Positions 46,230 through 57,767 of a stretch of DNA of 64,000 nt are shown here, one piece after another. The translations under genes were made by a program, and so were the position numbers. Numbering within the stretch: position 1 is the stretch's first letter; every line of letters begins with the position of its first letter. The DNA lies in the sequence record LC727699.1. One strand, given 5' to 3'. Under the pieces are notes generated by a model, which worked only from the letters and a program-made list of their open reading frames with translations, had not been told where the DNA came from and did no database searches.

Positions 46230-47303
46230 ATGTCGAATAAGCTCATTGTACTTGATACGCGCCACCAAGAAAAAGCAATATACGATTTACTAGGTCAGCT
46301 TACAGCTTCAGCTTCAATTGATGAAGCGATTGGGGTGAAATTGAGTAAAGATGTGGCTCAACAGTTTTTACATCTAATGGTTGAAAATATAGTAGAGAGT
46401 TTAGTTTCATATAAAACAGCCAAAGACCAGTACACCAATCTTAAGATGGCAGCAGCTATTTTTAATTGTGCTGTAACTGACGTAGATAGTAATAAAGTTG
46501 CTTGGGTAGAAAATCTAATGAAACTACCTTATCTAGAAACTATTTATCTAGATATCTATAAGCAAGTAGCAAAATATATCGATAGTGGTACATGGATCCA
46601 ATGGGATGTAGTTAAAGCTGGTTCAGTTATAACTTTAATCAGTGGTAAAGATTATCGAATCGCGGAATATGATCGTATCCATGGGATTGATAATGGTGAT
46701 GATCATGCAGTGGTATCACTTAACCTACTGAACCCATTAAACTATTTATTTAGTGAATTTCTCCGTACATTCTTCCATGGCTTTGACAGAATTAATTTAC
46801 AAAAACTAGGTTATAGTATCTACGAATCTAGGCGTAAAACTCAGCTATCTACTACTAGTGCCAGTAGCTATACTTTAAATAAAGACCACATCACTACTAA
46901 CCATGCATATAACATCGCAGTAGAATATATTCAAGAACAGTTAACTGCATTACTTATTGGTGTAATTGTTAAACAATATAGTAATATTAAAGTATCTTAT
47001 CTAATACCTAAGGTTAATCATGATTTCTTTGCAAATTTAGGACTTGATAATTTAATTCTATTTGAAGAGAAATATATTAGCCCTCTAGTTAGTTCTATTA
47101 ACATGGCATATTTTTCAACCAGAATTGAGCATGACGTTAAGTATGAACTAGAGTATCATAGCTATGTAATTTCTGTATACAAGAATAAGAATGCAACTTA
47201 TCCTATTGAGAAATTAGTATTTGAATATCAACGTGGTGATTATTTACCTGATGATCAGCGAGCGCAAGCTGAGCGATACATTTTAGAAAATAATCTATAC
47301 TAA
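46230..47303 (+). CDS. Hypothetical protein (357 aa)
   Basis: GGAG SD. Confidence 0.8.
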   Translation: MSNKLIVLDTRHQEKAIYDLLGQLTASASIDEAIGVKLSKDVAQQFLHLMVENIVESLVSYKTAKDQYTNLKMAAAIFNCAVTDVDSNKVAWVENLMKLPYLETIYLDIYKQVAKYIDSGTWIQWDVVKAGSVITLISGKDYRIAEYDRIHGIDNGDDHAVVSLNLLNPLNYLFSEFLRTFFHGFDRINLQKLGYSIYESRRKTQLSTTSASSYTLNKDHITTNHAYNIAVEYIQEQLTALLIGVIVKQYSNIKVSYLIPKVNHDFFANLGLDNLILFEEKYISPLVSSINMAYFSTRIEHDVKYELEYHSYVISVYKNKNATYPIEKLVFEYQRGDYLPDDQRAQAERYILENNLY

Positions 47304-47352
47304 ATAAAGCCCTCCTTATGGGGGGCTTTATACCGATTATAAGGTTTTCATA

Positions 47353-47742
47353 ATGAACATATCTAATGATAAAGACACATCAATGTGTATCAGAATGGAA
47401 GTAAGATCTTTTGTACAAGATCAACATTCTGATATTTGGAAATCTATAAAAAATAGTATTGGTGCAGAATATGCATTAACAATTGTATTGGCAGCAGCGT
47501 CTGAGAGAGCATCAGGTAGCACATCTAATGATGTCATAGAACTAATTAATCAGATGCTGGGTTATAGAGATATTTGTGATATTGACTTAACAACTTATCT
47601 GTATAATTGTTCTAACCGGGTAGTTCTACCATCAGCTGGTAACATCCAGTTAAATAGGGTTATTTATGATACTGAGAAACCAGAAGATCTATACGTCACC
47701 ATTACCCACACCACAACCTCGTTTTTTACTAAGAGCGACTAA
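47353..47742 (+). CDS. Hypothetical protein (129 aa)
   Basis: AAGGT SD. Confidence 0.7.
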   Translation: MNISNDKDTSMCIRMEVRSFVQDQHSDIWKSIKNSIGAEYALTIVLAAASERASGSTSNDVIELINQMLGYRDICDIDLTTYLYNCSNRVVLPSAGNIQLNRVIYDTEKPEDLYVTITHTTTSFFTKSD

Positions 47743-48118
47743 AAGTAAACTTATTAAAGATGATAACTATCTAAGATTTGTATTGGACTTTTTAGATATT
47801 GGTTATATCGAAGCAATGCATTTGCTTGTTGCATTGGCAGAACAGAAGCTTATGCAAATGGTCGTTAAAGAAGAAATGTTCTATGAATATGCTAAAGACA
47901 TTCATTTCATGCATAAACTAATAGAACTTCTCGATGAGGGTGCTGAGCAGATCATGCACCTCATTCCAACAAATACTAAGGAACTGTGGTATGAAACAGA
48001 AGCACGAGATGGATTGTACATCGGAGGAAGTACAACGTCTGGTATATGTATTGCCAATCGAAGTGGTATTCCCACAATTAATCACATTGATAAAGAAATT
48101 TACTTACCTAACAAATAA
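47666..48118 (+). CDS. Hypothetical protein (up to 150 aa)
   Basis: ORF track; start uncertain. Confidence 0.55.
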   Translation: MILRNQKIYTSPLPTPQPRFLLRATKSKLIKDDNYLRFVLDFLDIGYIEAMHLLVALAEQKLMQMVVKEEMFYEYAKDIHFMHKLIELLDEGAEQIMHLIPTNTKELWYETEARDGLYIGGSTTSGICIANRSGIPTINHIDKEIYLPNK

Positions 48119-48449
48119 GGATGAAGCTACAGCTATCGTCTTATTAACTCAATGGGTTGTTAAGGTGATGTCTAAATTACAACAGGATAATACGGTTATT
48201 CCTTTTGTGGATATACCAATACAATTAGGAAACGGTCCAGATTGGGATGAGTTCATTAATTTGTTCTATACAACTGGAATCCAATTACTACATAGAACAC
48301 CGAAGAATTTAATAGACTATAAGTTCATTAGAGTAATAGATAATAAAGTTGTTCTATTAACTATAGTCACTGGTAAAGAGTGGAGTCAATATGCAATTGT
48401 TGCTAATTTTGAAACCGCGTTCTTTTACGGAAGAGCTAGGTGTAGATGA
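47934..48449 (+). CDS. Hypothetical protein (true start probably downstream of 47934)
   Basis: ORF track; large overlap with the previous ORF. Confidence 0.5.
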   Translation: MRVLSRSCTSFQQILRNCGMKQKHEMDCTSEEVQRLVYVLPIEVVFPQLITLIKKFTYLTNKDEATAIVLLTQWVVKVMSKLQQDNTVIPFVDIPIQLGNGPDWDEFINLFYTTGIQLLHRTPKNLIDYKFIRVIDNKVVLLTIVTGKEWSQYAIVANFETAFFYGRARCR

Positions 48450-48825
48450 ACCGACTGACTTTGTACTGTGGTGTATCAATAGACTTCTAGCAGCATATGT
48501 AGAATACTTTAACCACTGGCAGAGATTAGATTGGCCTACCTTTTTAGAGCAATGGTTAGAAGATTACTTAAGCGATACCTATATAGAACCAGATAGACCG
48601 ATGAGCATGATGGTATTTGATCATCAGGGAAATCCTAATACTATCAATTGGCACTTAAGATCTGCTGAGATTATCGAAAGGGTATTGGATTTATTTGGAA
48701 CTGATTTCTTAGAGATAATCCAAAAACAAGTTATTCAAGCAGGTAATCTTATTACTAGTCTTAAATGTATAGAAGTAGATAAATATAAGATGGTAACTAA
48801 ATTAGTTATGAGGTCTCAAACATGA
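48391..48825 (+). CDS. Hypothetical protein (144 aa)
   Basis: GGAG SD. Confidence 0.65.
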   Translation: MQLLLILKPRSFTEELGVDEPTDFVLWCINRLLAAYVEYFNHWQRLDWPTFLEQWLEDYLSDTYIEPDRPMSMMVFDHQGNPNTINWHLRSAEIIERVLDLFGTDFLEIIQKQVIQAGNLITSLKCIEVDKYKMVTKLVMRSQT

Positions 48826-49358
48826 TGCATCCACTTCTTTATAGACAACAAGAAATGCAGCGGATAAATGATGCTAATAACATAACTCCAGGCCAACAAG
48901 GAATGACGAGTTTCGTAGTTATTAACATCAGTGATATCTGGCCCATTGTTAATAAAATGGCTGATGTAGTTGTCAATAAGTCTTACAATACTCCTTACCC
49001 ATATACTGAACACCAATCTATAGAACAGTTATGGTATCAGGCGATTAATGCATATATTGAATTTCTAGCACAACAGCCTACTCAACCAATTATAGGGGTT
49101 GACTATTATTTACAAGAATACTTTCCATCAGTAGCGCCTGTGATTATGCAAGATAAATATGCATTGAGTATTCTTAATATGTGGTTTGCAGCTGTGTGTA
49201 AAACACTGGCTAGTAAACTACAATCTGAAATAGCGTATCTTTATCAGAATGGATATGGTGTAGAAAGAATCCAATCAATAGCAGTTGATCAACATAATCA
49301 AGGTTATATTCTAGAAGGTGAAGACTTTGGTATGGACTGCTACAATGATGTGGATTAA
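48822..49358 (+). CDS. Hypothetical protein (178 aa)
   Basis: GAGG SD; ATGA overlap. Confidence 0.75.
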   Translation: MMHPLLYRQQEMQRINDANNITPGQQGMTSFVVINISDIWPIVNKMADVVVNKSYNTPYPYTEHQSIEQLWYQAINAYIEFLAQQPTQPIIGVDYYLQEYFPSVAPVIMQDKYALSILNMWFAAVCKTLASKLQSEIAYLYQNGYGVERIQSIAVDQHNQGYILEGEDFGMDCYNDVD

Positions 49359-49430
49359 GTGACACATATTAACAATTGACGTAAATAGGAAAGCCTATCG
49401 GTTCACATAGGCTTCCTACTAGGAACCGAT

Positions 49431-49814
49431 ATGGAAAAACGAGTATTTATCGTATTTAAATCTAAAGAGTCAGAAATATATTCGCAACATTTGCTTCGTG
49501 AATATACAAAACGAATGATATATCCAGATTGTCCAACACCACTTGATTTATTTGAAGAATCACGTAAGTTAAGTTATATGGATACGCTTAATAATGACAT
49601 ATATATCCATATGCTGATGTATGGACATGACTCATTTGATGATCCTGACGAAGATATTGAGTTAGAGAATTATTCTACTAAAGGATATGTTATTGAATAT
49701 TGTACCGACTTTATCAATAGCTTTAAAGAAAAATATCCAAATGGACATGTATTAATTACAGTGCCAATGGATACAAAAGGTCTGTTTGGTGTAGTTGTAT
49801 TACTAGATGAGTAA
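49431..49814 (+). CDS. Hypothetical protein (127 aa)
   Basis: AGGA SD. Confidence 0.7.
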   Translation: MEKRVFIVFKSKESEIYSQHLLREYTKRMIYPDCPTPLDLFEESRKLSYMDTLNNDIYIHMLMYGHDSFDDPDEDIELENYSTKGYVIEYCTDFINSFKEKYPNGHVLITVPMDTKGLFGVVVLLDE

Positions 49815-49839
49815 TACCCTATGTAACCAACTATTTTAG

Positions 49840-50265
<426 letters not shown>

Positions 50266-50465
50266 CTATAAAGGAGCCATTATGGCTCCTTTTATGTTGT
50301 ATTATTTTTACTTGCTTACATCATCTAATGTGAATGTAAGTTGATGTGCTACCTCTCAATTTAGGGTGCCCGTATAGGGTACCCATTCTTTCCTTTTCTT
50401 TTTTAGTTAAAGAGAGAGAAATCATTCACTATAATTAAAAATAAGTATACTGAGAGATATGTGAA

Positions 50466-52661
50466 ATGACCGCATTTGCCCAACCAAATCCGTTTTTAAA
50501 AGATGTCAATGATTACCATCGTGATATTGATATCATTAATGCATGTCTTGATGATAATGCCAAATATCTTCAATTAATGACAAAAGATGAATTAAATATT
50601 AGTTTAGAAGAATGTAAAGAATTTGTTAAAGAACAATTACGTCAAAATGGCGAATATGCACTTCGTAATCCATTAGCAACTATTCTAGATAAAAATAAGT
50701 TTGGTGATAGGGAATTAAAGACGGTTTCATTTATGGCTTTTCTTAACCGTGTTAAGAAACAGAATCTATTATTATCTCCATCAATGACCGCATATTTACC
50801 AGAGTCTGTTAGACAGTCTACGCACTCCATCTATATTGCCGAAGGTGTGAAAAACCGTAAGCGTGTTAAAGGTGAACAGATGCAGGCTGAACGTGAAGCA
50901 GCTGCTTTCCTACAGGCCGGCGATAAAGAGAATTCACAAATTAAAACAGAACTTGCACAAGTACGTAAAGGCGAGCAAGAAAACTTCAAAATTAACAATA
51001 ACTCATATTCAGGCGGTACTGTATCTGCTGCCACTATTCTTTATTATAAGTCCACACACTCTAGTTTAACATCTACCTGTAGAACTGGTACCTCTTATGC
51101 TAACTCAAATAATGAAAAATTCATTATGGGTAATAGGCATTATTATACTCCAGAAATCACAAAAGCTAATTTAGTAAACACTATTAATGTAGCTGATATG
51201 GAGTTAATTCAAAAAGCAGTAACTAATTTTAATCTACATTGCCCAACGCCAGAAGAAGTAGTTGATATGGTTCTTTATTCAACTAAACACTATTGGCAAA
51301 ATAAGTACTACACGGCGCAGATTTTAAAACTAGCTACTGGGATGACACCAGTCGAACGAGCAGCAGTTATGTACGTAGGTGATCTATATCACTTATATAA
51401 ATACAATAAAGAATTAATCAAGAGCTTTCTAATTAAATTAAGCCAGGTTGGAACAAAAGAACAAATCATCACTGAAGAAGAATATTCAACTTATGATGGT
51501 GATATGGATCTATTGGCTAGCTTTATTTGCTTTGATACTGTTAAAGGTCGATCTAAAGCTAAACTAAAAGAGTCAGATCCAGATACATTAAACCAAGTTT
51601 ATGCCACTGGTCGAAATATCGCTGAAACTCTTAATGAATATCGTCTATTGATTGAAGCTTTCTTCTTGACTAAATGTGTACCATCAAGCATTCATGCTTT
51701 TCCAACTGTGTATAGACGAGCTGCTGTTATTTCAGATACTGACTCCACTATGTTTACATTACAATGGTGGGTTGAGGAATTCTTTGGTAAAGTAACTTTT
51801 AGCAATGAAGCTAAGCGACTAGTATTCGCACTAGTGTTTCTAGTGTCTGAAGTAGTTATGCATATCTTGGCGATTCAATCCGCTAATATGGGTGTATCTA
51901 AAGATAAGCTTCGTCTATTTGCAATGAAGAACGAATATTATTTCGCAGTACTGGCCTTAACTACTCGTTCTAAACATTACTTTGCATCACAGGATGCCCA
52001 AGAAGGGGTAATGTTTAATGAGTCACGAATGGAGATCAAGGGTGTAGGACTAAGGGATAGTAAAGTACCTAAGAAGATTAATAGTCGTGCTAAAACACTC
52101 ATGGAAGATATCATTAAAACTGTAAAGACTGAAGAGAAAATCGACTTGGCTTCAATTCTAAAAGAAGTTGGTGATATCGAAAGAGAAATTATTGAGTCTG
52201 TTAGAAGTGGTAAAGCTGAGTATCTGACAAGTGGTCAAACTAAACGACCTGAGTCTTATAAATCTGAAGATAACTCAACCCATAAAAAGGGATTAGTGTG
52301 GAAGACTGTATTTGCTCCATCATTTGGTGACGCTGGTGATCCACCTTATTCACATGTAAAGATCTCAGTTACTCTTAATAATAAAACTGCGATCAAAGAA
52401 TGGATTGATGGTATCGAAGATAAGAAATTAGCTGCTCGTATTCAAGCATGGGTTACTGAAGAAAATAAAACCAGTATTGGTGATTTCCATATCCCGAGTA
52501 CAGTAGTAGAAACTGGTCGTATTCCAGAAGTTATTACGCGTGTTGCTGACGTTAGAACTATCATTGGAAACACTATGGGTGTATTCTATCTAACCTTAGA
52601 GTCCCTAGGTATTTTCCTTATTGATAAAAATAACGATCGACTCATCTCTGACTTCTATTAA
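50466..52661 (+). CDS. Family B DNA polymerase, polymerase-domain polypeptide (phiKZ gp50-like)
   Basis: KINNNSYSG (KxxxNSxYG-like), ISDTDS (motif C), MKNEY, KHYF, EIKGVGLR; no N-terminal exonuclease domain seen. Confidence 0.85.
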   Translation: MTAFAQPNPFLKDVNDYHRDIDIINACLDDNAKYLQLMTKDELNISLEECKEFVKEQLRQNGEYALRNPLATILDKNKFGDRELKTVSFMAFLNRVKKQNLLLSPSMTAYLPESVRQSTHSIYIAEGVKNRKRVKGEQMQAEREAAAFLQAGDKENSQIKTELAQVRKGEQENFKINNNSYSGGTVSAATILYYKSTHSSLTSTCRTGTSYANSNNEKFIMGNRHYYTPEITKANLVNTINVADMELIQKAVTNFNLHCPTPEEVVDMVLYSTKHYWQNKYYTAQILKLATGMTPVERAAVMYVGDLYHLYKYNKELIKSFLIKLSQVGTKEQIITEEEYSTYDGDMDLLASFICFDTVKGRSKAKLKESDPDTLNQVYATGRNIAETLNEYRLLIEAFFLTKCVPSSIHAFPTVYRRAAVISDTDSTMFTLQWWVEEFFGKVTFSNEAKRLVFALVFLVSEVVMHILAIQSANMGVSKDKLRLFAMKNEYYFAVLALTTRSKHYFASQDAQEGVMFNESRMEIKGVGLRDSKVPKKINSRAKTLMEDIIKTVKTEEKIDLASILKEVGDIEREIIESVRSGKAEYLTSGQTKRPESYKSEDNSTHKKGLVWKTVFAPSFGDAGDPPYSHVKISVTLNNKTAIKEWIDGIEDKKLAARIQAWVTEENKTSIGDFHIPSTVVETGRIPEVITRVADVRTIIGNTMGVFYLTLESLGIFLIDKNNDRLISDFY

Positions 52662-52668
52662 GAAATAT

Positions 52669-52689
52669 AGCCTCCCCTAGTGGGAGGCT
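52669..52689 (+). terminator. Terminator hairpin
   Basis: AGCCTCCC-CTAGT-GGGAGGCT-TAT. Confidence 0.75.
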
Positions 52690-52759
52690 TATATACTAAA
52701 AAATAATTAAGATTTATATAGTCTGATTGCCAATTACTAACTTAATATGGTTCAATATA

Positions 52760-52936
52760 ATGACAAATCATACCGAATTTAATTTTGACTTAGATCGGAT
52801 GAAGAAGGCAATTAACAGTGGTACTATCACATTACCAACCGCTCCACCTGGGTTAACTCGTGAAGAAAAACGAGCATTTATCCGAAGTTATATTAAAGAC
52901 AAATTAAAAGAGGTAACTAATGATGAAAGAGAATAA
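52760..52936 (+). CDS. Small hypothetical protein (58 aa; FNFDLDRM...GLTREEKR)
   Basis: ORF track 52727..52936; first ATG at 52760. Confidence 0.6.
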   Translation: MTNHTEFNFDLDRMKKAINSGTITLPTAPPGLTREEKRAFIRSYIKDKLKEVTNDERE

Positions 52937-53642
52937 AGAAGTCCGCGTAATTACCTGGAATGATTATAGTAAATTAGTAAATGATAATCGTATTAGGATC
53001 CATGGATTAGCACCTGATGATTCCACCAAAGCAACAGCCTATGTTCTTTTGGATGACGGTAGTGAAGAATTAGTATATGTAACTTATACCAACGAATTAA
53101 AAGAAGTTGATGTTACTACTGAAACAACTGCAATTACTAGTGATAAAAGTTCACTAGATGATGTTCAACCAATTGGTTTAATTACCTCTAGTAACGAACC
53201 ACCAAAGTTAATGAGTCTAAATGACTATATTGATGAATTCAATTGGCACTCAAGTGCTGACAACGATTACAATAATGTCTCACTTGAATTAATGTTAAAT
53301 ACCCATCATACAACTCTTTGGGAATGTGATAATATCCTGGTAAAAGACGTAACTATTAAACAAGCTCTTAAAGAAGGTGTTGATAAACAACTTATTAATA
53401 CCGATAGTTCATTTGATGAACTAGTTACTCATCTAAGATTGACTGCTAAAGCTATTATGGACCCATTAGATGAAATGGATAATGGAGTTAAAAGCAGTGA
53501 CCAAGCTGTAGTTGATCAATTACTAAATCATGACCGCAAGCCAGGTAAGTTTAGTAATAAAATGCTATTACCAGCTATCCCAGGAATTAACCGAGCTGAA
53601 CGTAGAAAATTACTTTCTAAAATGAAGAAAGGTAATTTCTAA
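52920..53642 (+). CDS. Hypothetical protein (240 aa) ending in an NRAERR motif
   Basis: GAGGT SD. Confidence 0.75.
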   Translation: MMKENKEVRVITWNDYSKLVNDNRIRIHGLAPDDSTKATAYVLLDDGSEELVYVTYTNELKEVDVTTETTAITSDKSSLDDVQPIGLITSSNEPPKLMSLNDYIDEFNWHSSADNDYNNVSLELMLNTHHTTLWECDNILVKDVTIKQALKEGVDKQLINTDSSFDELVTHLRLTAKAIMDPLDEMDNGVKSSDQAVVDQLLNHDRKPGKFSNKMLLPAIPGINRAERRKLLSKMKKGNF

Positions 53643-53655
53643 TAAAACGGCATAT

Positions 53656-53681
53656 AACCCCCTCCAATTTAGGAGGGGGTT
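53656..53681. terminator. Bidirectional terminator
   Basis: AACCCCCTCC-AATTTA-GGAGGGGGTT. Confidence 0.8.
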
Positions 53682-53685
53682 TATG

Positions 53686-54777
53686 TCACATTTCTTTTCT
53701 TTTAAGTGCATCTATCATCCAATCAACTTGTGCCTGTTGAGCTTTTACAAACTCACTATTTGCTTGTTGCTTAAATGCTTGATCATTAGATGCTTCTATA
53801 AGATCAATTAATACAGTGTTAACAGAAGATTGATCATAACCAGTATTCTTTAAAAGCTGCCCTACAAGATACTTAATGAAGGGTGTGCGAGCCAATACAT
53901 AAGCCCATTCATTATTCCTGTTAATAGGTTCTCGTGGGAGCCGCATCATATCGAACAAATTAGATTGTACGATAGCTGGTGTTATCCATGATAAACCTTC
54001 CATGTCTACACCTTTTAATATGGATTCTCTATTGATAGTTGTACATAGTTTATCAATACGTGGATTCATATCAGTGATGTAAAATGGATGCGGTATAGGG
54101 AATGTTGGATTTTTAATATCTAAAGCATTCCTTGCTAACCTATTAAAGAAAGAAATATCTAAATAAGAGTCAACCATATTTGGCAATACAAATGATCCTA
54201 TAAACCTATAAGTGTCTTCTACTTCATCAGGATTCTTCTCAACTTGCCATCGATACCAGTAACGGTACATCACAAGAAGCATTGGTATATTTACTAGAGT
54301 TACACCATAGCCTCTACCCTGTGTGGTATTGTTCATGATAGGTAAATTAGTATCAGTACGTGTATGATACAGATACGTAACAGGGGAAAGTTTATACCAT
54401 GTTTTATTTAGATCTTTTAGATCAAAGCTCTCTGATGTGGATACTAGAACTTCTTCAGTTTGAGGACCAAGTGTAACACCACCTACATGAACCTTACCTT
54501 TATTTAAAGATGATGTAATACCAAATGAACGAATAATAGCACGTGAACGATCGTCCACGTTCTTTATAAAAGTAGCATCATCACTTAGTAACTCTACGTT
54601 AAAATGTCGAATCATTTGTGCTAATATGTTTTTAGATTCAACATACTTCGGTGCCCGTCTATAATAACTTTTAACGTCCCTAATTTGCTCAGCGTAGATT
54701 CGTCGGATATAATGGATGTTAGGATCAACCACCTGCCCCAATTTACGTGACGGAGCATTCTTAAATAAATTATACAT
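53686..54777 (-). CDS. Conserved phiKZ-like protein (gp52-like, 363 aa)
   Basis: Long ORF; synteny near chimallin. Confidence 0.75.
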   Translation of the reverse strand: MYNLFKNAPSRKLGQVVDPNIHYIRRIYAEQIRDVKSYYRRAPKYVESKNILAQMIRHFNVELLSDDATFIKNVDDRSRAIIRSFGITSSLNKGKVHVGGVTLGPQTEEVLVSTSESFDLKDLNKTWYKLSPVTYLYHTRTDTNLPIMNNTTQGRGYGVTLVNIPMLLVMYRYWYRWQVEKNPDEVEDTYRFIGSFVLPNMVDSYLDISFFNRLARNALDIKNPTFPIPHPFYITDMNPRIDKLCTTINRESILKGVDMEGLSWITPAIVQSNLFDMMRLPREPINRNNEWAYVLARTPFIKYLVGQLLKNTGYDQSSVNTVLIDLIEASNDQAFKQQANSEFVKAQQAQVDWMIDALKRKEM

Positions 54778-54858
54778 GGTTATTATCCGATTAAAAATTA
54801 ATTGAGATCTATATCATAGTTTGGTAACAACAGTAGTAATTACAAATAGGAATATACA

Positions 54859-55224
54859 ATGGCTAAAAATAATGTTGAAGATCCGCCACTATATTTAGGT
54901 AATAACAAAGATCTTACTGTATACATGACTAGCAAAGAAATTGTAGTAAACTTTTTCAATGTCGAGCGTAGGATTAAGATAGATCCTAATGATCCCAATC
55001 CATTAGCAACTGCTACTAAACTCCATGAGGAATTAATAAAGGTATTAGTCGCATATCGATTTGGTAGTGTAGTTAAAGTAAATGAAACATCTGCTTCGGC
55101 ACATTCACCATTTATTGCTAAATTTGATACAACTGATAATAATAAAGTTGATCCAGTTAGTAAACTATACAAACTGTATCATTCTCTTTTTGGAACAGTT
55201 CGTAAGTATATGCGAAGTAAATGA
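54859..55224 (+). CDS. Hypothetical protein (121 aa)
   Basis: AGGA SD; TATATCAT motif at 54810. Confidence 0.7.
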   Translation: MAKNNVEDPPLYLGNNKDLTVYMTSKEIVVNFFNVERRIKIDPNDPNPLATATKLHEELIKVLVAYRFGSVVKVNETSASAHSPFIAKFDTTDNNKVDPVSKLYKLYHSLFGTVRKYMRSK

Positions 55225-55439
55225 TAACTGCATTTTATAAAAATACTGATAGTTATTATTTAATACAGGACTGACGTAAATTAGTTTCTGGATTCAAACT
55301 TTATACCCATAAACTCAAAAAAGAAGATATGGAAATTGTAAGATGAAAAATAAATAATACTCAGATTGTAATAATATGTAGTGAACATAGTGTTCGTTAC
55401 GATCTGCTGATAGCAGATTATAGCGTCTATGTTGTAATG

Positions 55440-55463
55440 AAAAAAATTTGAGATTTATATTAC
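55440..55463 (+). promoter_or_regulatory. Early promoter of the chimallin gene
   Basis: AAAAAAATTTGAGATTTATATTAC, about 70 nt upstream of the ATG. Confidence 0.75.
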
Positions 55464-55535
55464 TAAATTGAATCTAGTATACTAAGTACTTAGGTTCTTC
55501 TTGATCAAGAAACCATAATCGTAAAGGTATTTAAA

Positions 55536-57416
55536 ATGGCTGTTAACGAAAACGAAATCGGCACCGTTCAAACTCAAGCTACCGCTCCGGCTCCGCAACC
55601 CACTGCACAACGTCAAGCTCAACGTCCGGCTGGCGCACCTGGGTCCACTACTGGCATTAACCATCTAATGCGTCGCTCTGGTCGGCTAGATGGCTCTGAT
55701 GCTCGTTCAGCAGATGCCCTACAAGTATTCACTAAAGTAAAAGAAGAAGCAATCCGCCATCAGGACCTACCTGATGACTTCGATATCCATCGTTTCGATC
55801 GCGATGCACAACAAGTGGGTATGGCTGGTCTACTCATTGTTAAACTAGCTAAAGATATCAATGGTTCCATGAAGGCATTCGTTCGTACTCTAGTACTCGA
55901 TAACCTACCTGGTACTCGCATCCGTCCCCGTACCCACAAAATCAACAATGGTCTAACTGATGACATCATTGAAGAGAAGGTACTACCGCGTGATGTATTC
56001 ACTGCTCAATACTGGAGCAAGATCGGCGAGTTCCTACGGAACCGTTACAACATCCCTGGTCTAGAAGTACTATCTGCCGGTCCACGTGCAGTGTATGCTG
56101 ACTTCGACTTCAAAGATGAACTAGCTGTTAAGAACCTACTAGTTGAATCCGTTAATATCTGTGAAGATGCTATTGCGCGTCGTAACAATGAGACTCCGTT
56201 CTCTATTGCGACCCACATCAAAGCAGAAAACGAACAGCTTACCTGCAATCTAGACTACAATGGTATTCCGGTTAAAGATAGCTGTGGTAATCCGATCCGT
56301 TCTGACCTGGTCATCTCCACTAGCCGTGGTAAGAAAACCAACGTACCTGAGAACGAGTTCTATGATACCGATAGCCAGCTAAACCAAGTTAGTCTATTCG
56401 TAGATCTACATTGGACTCCGACCACTGGCCAGCAACAAGGTATGTTTGGCGTAACTCTACCTGGTGCAGTTCTACCTCCGCAGTTCACTCCTTACATCGT
56501 TATCACTGACGTTCGTAAGGCATCCTGGATCCAAGCATGGACTCTAGAAATGTGGCTGTTCGCACTTGGTAATGCGTATCGTGCAACTGCATCCCAGGCA
56601 TGGGCTCGTACTCTAATGCCGAAGATCGCTACTAGCAAGATGCGTGATATTGGTGCACTTGGTTATTACTCAGAGCTAGGTAAAGCGATTGAAACTCGCA
56701 CCGAAGCATTCATGGCAGACGATAGCAACTTCGTAATGCTAATGAACAAGATGGTTAACCAGAACCCTGCATTCCAGATCGATATCGATCCGATGGGTGA
56801 CAACTCTGCTCTTGAGCAGGTAGTCCTAGATGCAGCTGGTGGCGTAAACCAAGCTCGTGCAGTTAGTCTGATCTTCCAAGCTCTAACTAACCTATACGGC
56901 ACTGATTTCCGTCAGTTCTATAATCTAGCTGAAGCTGGTCCGATTATCTTTGACAACCATCATGAAGTAGACCTCGGTCACTACACTGATGAGCATGGTG
57001 AACTAAGCGACCGTCGTGATCTCGACGTTCTAGGTGCCATGAACATGTCTGAAGGTAATGACCAAGAGTGGAAGACCTGGTATGCTACTCAGGTAGGTAA
57101 TGACCACATTGTGCGTCGTATGAATAACAGTAAAGGCTTCGACAAGATGTACCTAGGTAACGTTACCTATACTGGTCGTGCTCGTCGTCTAACCTTTAAC
57201 CCGAAATTCATCACCGCAATGGATGCCGCAGCAGCAGCAGCTGGTGTAACTGTAACCATGGAAAACCTAATTACCAACTTCGGTCAACAGCGCTTCGCTG
57301 GTTACACCGGTATGGGTAACATGGCTGTTTCTGGTAGTGCACAAGTTGGTATGGCTGGCAGCATGGGTCAAACTTACGGCGCTCCTTCCTATAACGCACC
57401 GGGTACCTGGTACTAA
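55536..57416 (+). CDS. chmA: Chimallin, major phage-nucleus shell protein (phiKZ gp54)
   Basis: 626 aa; segments resembling 201phi2-1 gp105 as recalled ([62 protein letters not shown]); next to the nvRNAP subunit. Confidence 0.95.
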   Translation: MAVNENEIGTVQTQATAPAPQPTAQRQAQRPAGAPGSTTGINHLMRRSGRLDGSDARSADALQVFTKVKEEAIRHQDLPDDFDIHRFDRDAQQVGMAGLLIVKLAKDINGSMKAFVRTLVLDNLPGTRIRPRTHKINNGLTDDIIEEKVLPRDVFTAQYWSKIGEFLRNRYNIPGLEVLSAGPRAVYADFDFKDELAVKNLLVESVNICEDAIARRNNETPFSIATHIKAENEQLTCNLDYNGIPVKDSCGNPIRSDLVISTSRGKKTNVPENEFYDTDSQLNQVSLFVDLHWTPTTGQQQGMFGVTLPGAVLPPQFTPYIVITDVRKASWIQAWTLEMWLFALGNAYRATASQAWARTLMPKIATSKMRDIGALGYYSELGKAIETRTEAFMADDSNFVMLMNKMVNQNPAFQIDIDPMGDNSALEQVVLDAAGGVNQARAVSLIFQALTNLYGTDFRQFYNLAEAGPIIFDNHHEVDLGHYTDEHGELSDRRDLDVLGAMNMSEGNDQEWKTWYATQVGNDHIVRRMNNSKGFDKMYLGNVTYTGRARRLTFNPKFITAMDAAAAAAGVTVTMENLITNFGQQRFAGYTGMGNMAVSGSAQVGMAGSMGQTYGAPSYNAPGTWY

Positions 57417-57425
57417 TAGGAAATA

Positions 57426-57767
57426 CCTCGGTAGATAGGGATGTTAAATAAGTAACATCCCGATTCTAATACTGCGACCCGGTTCACTTCAGTGATAACG
57501 GTTAGGAGTAGGTTCCGTGAAGTAATCGACTAGTGGACTTAGTCTAGGTCGACCTATCACTACACGAGGATGATAGATCACTTAACCGAAAGGAGTTACT
57601 CAAAAGGTGACGTGTGATCAAAAACTACAATGGATGGTAAATGAGACTAGTGCCGGTATGCTACAAAGAAGAGCGGAGGTTAAGCTTTGTAGATGACGCT
57701 AGGCTCGGGCCAGGCTCCGTTGGTGGTCCATTGTAAAAACTGATATAGCGGCTCCTTCGGGGGCCGC
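57426..57767 (+). ncRNA. Candidate multi-domain structured RNA downstream of chmA, ending in a UUCG terminator
   Basis: No ORF; nested long-range helices (see findings); terminator GCGGCTCC-TTCG-GGGGCCGC at 57748-57767. Confidence 0.55.

Noticed and set aside
55380-55435. Nested hairpin AACATAG/CTATGTT with ATCTGCT/AGCAGAT upstream of the chmA promoter
   Set aside because: Short, AT-rich and upstream of the predicted TSS; not distinguishable from chance without covariation data
55482-56902. Minus-strand ORFs within or upstream of chmA (55482, 55760, 56045, 56666)
   Set aside because: Antisense shadows of the biased chmA codon usage
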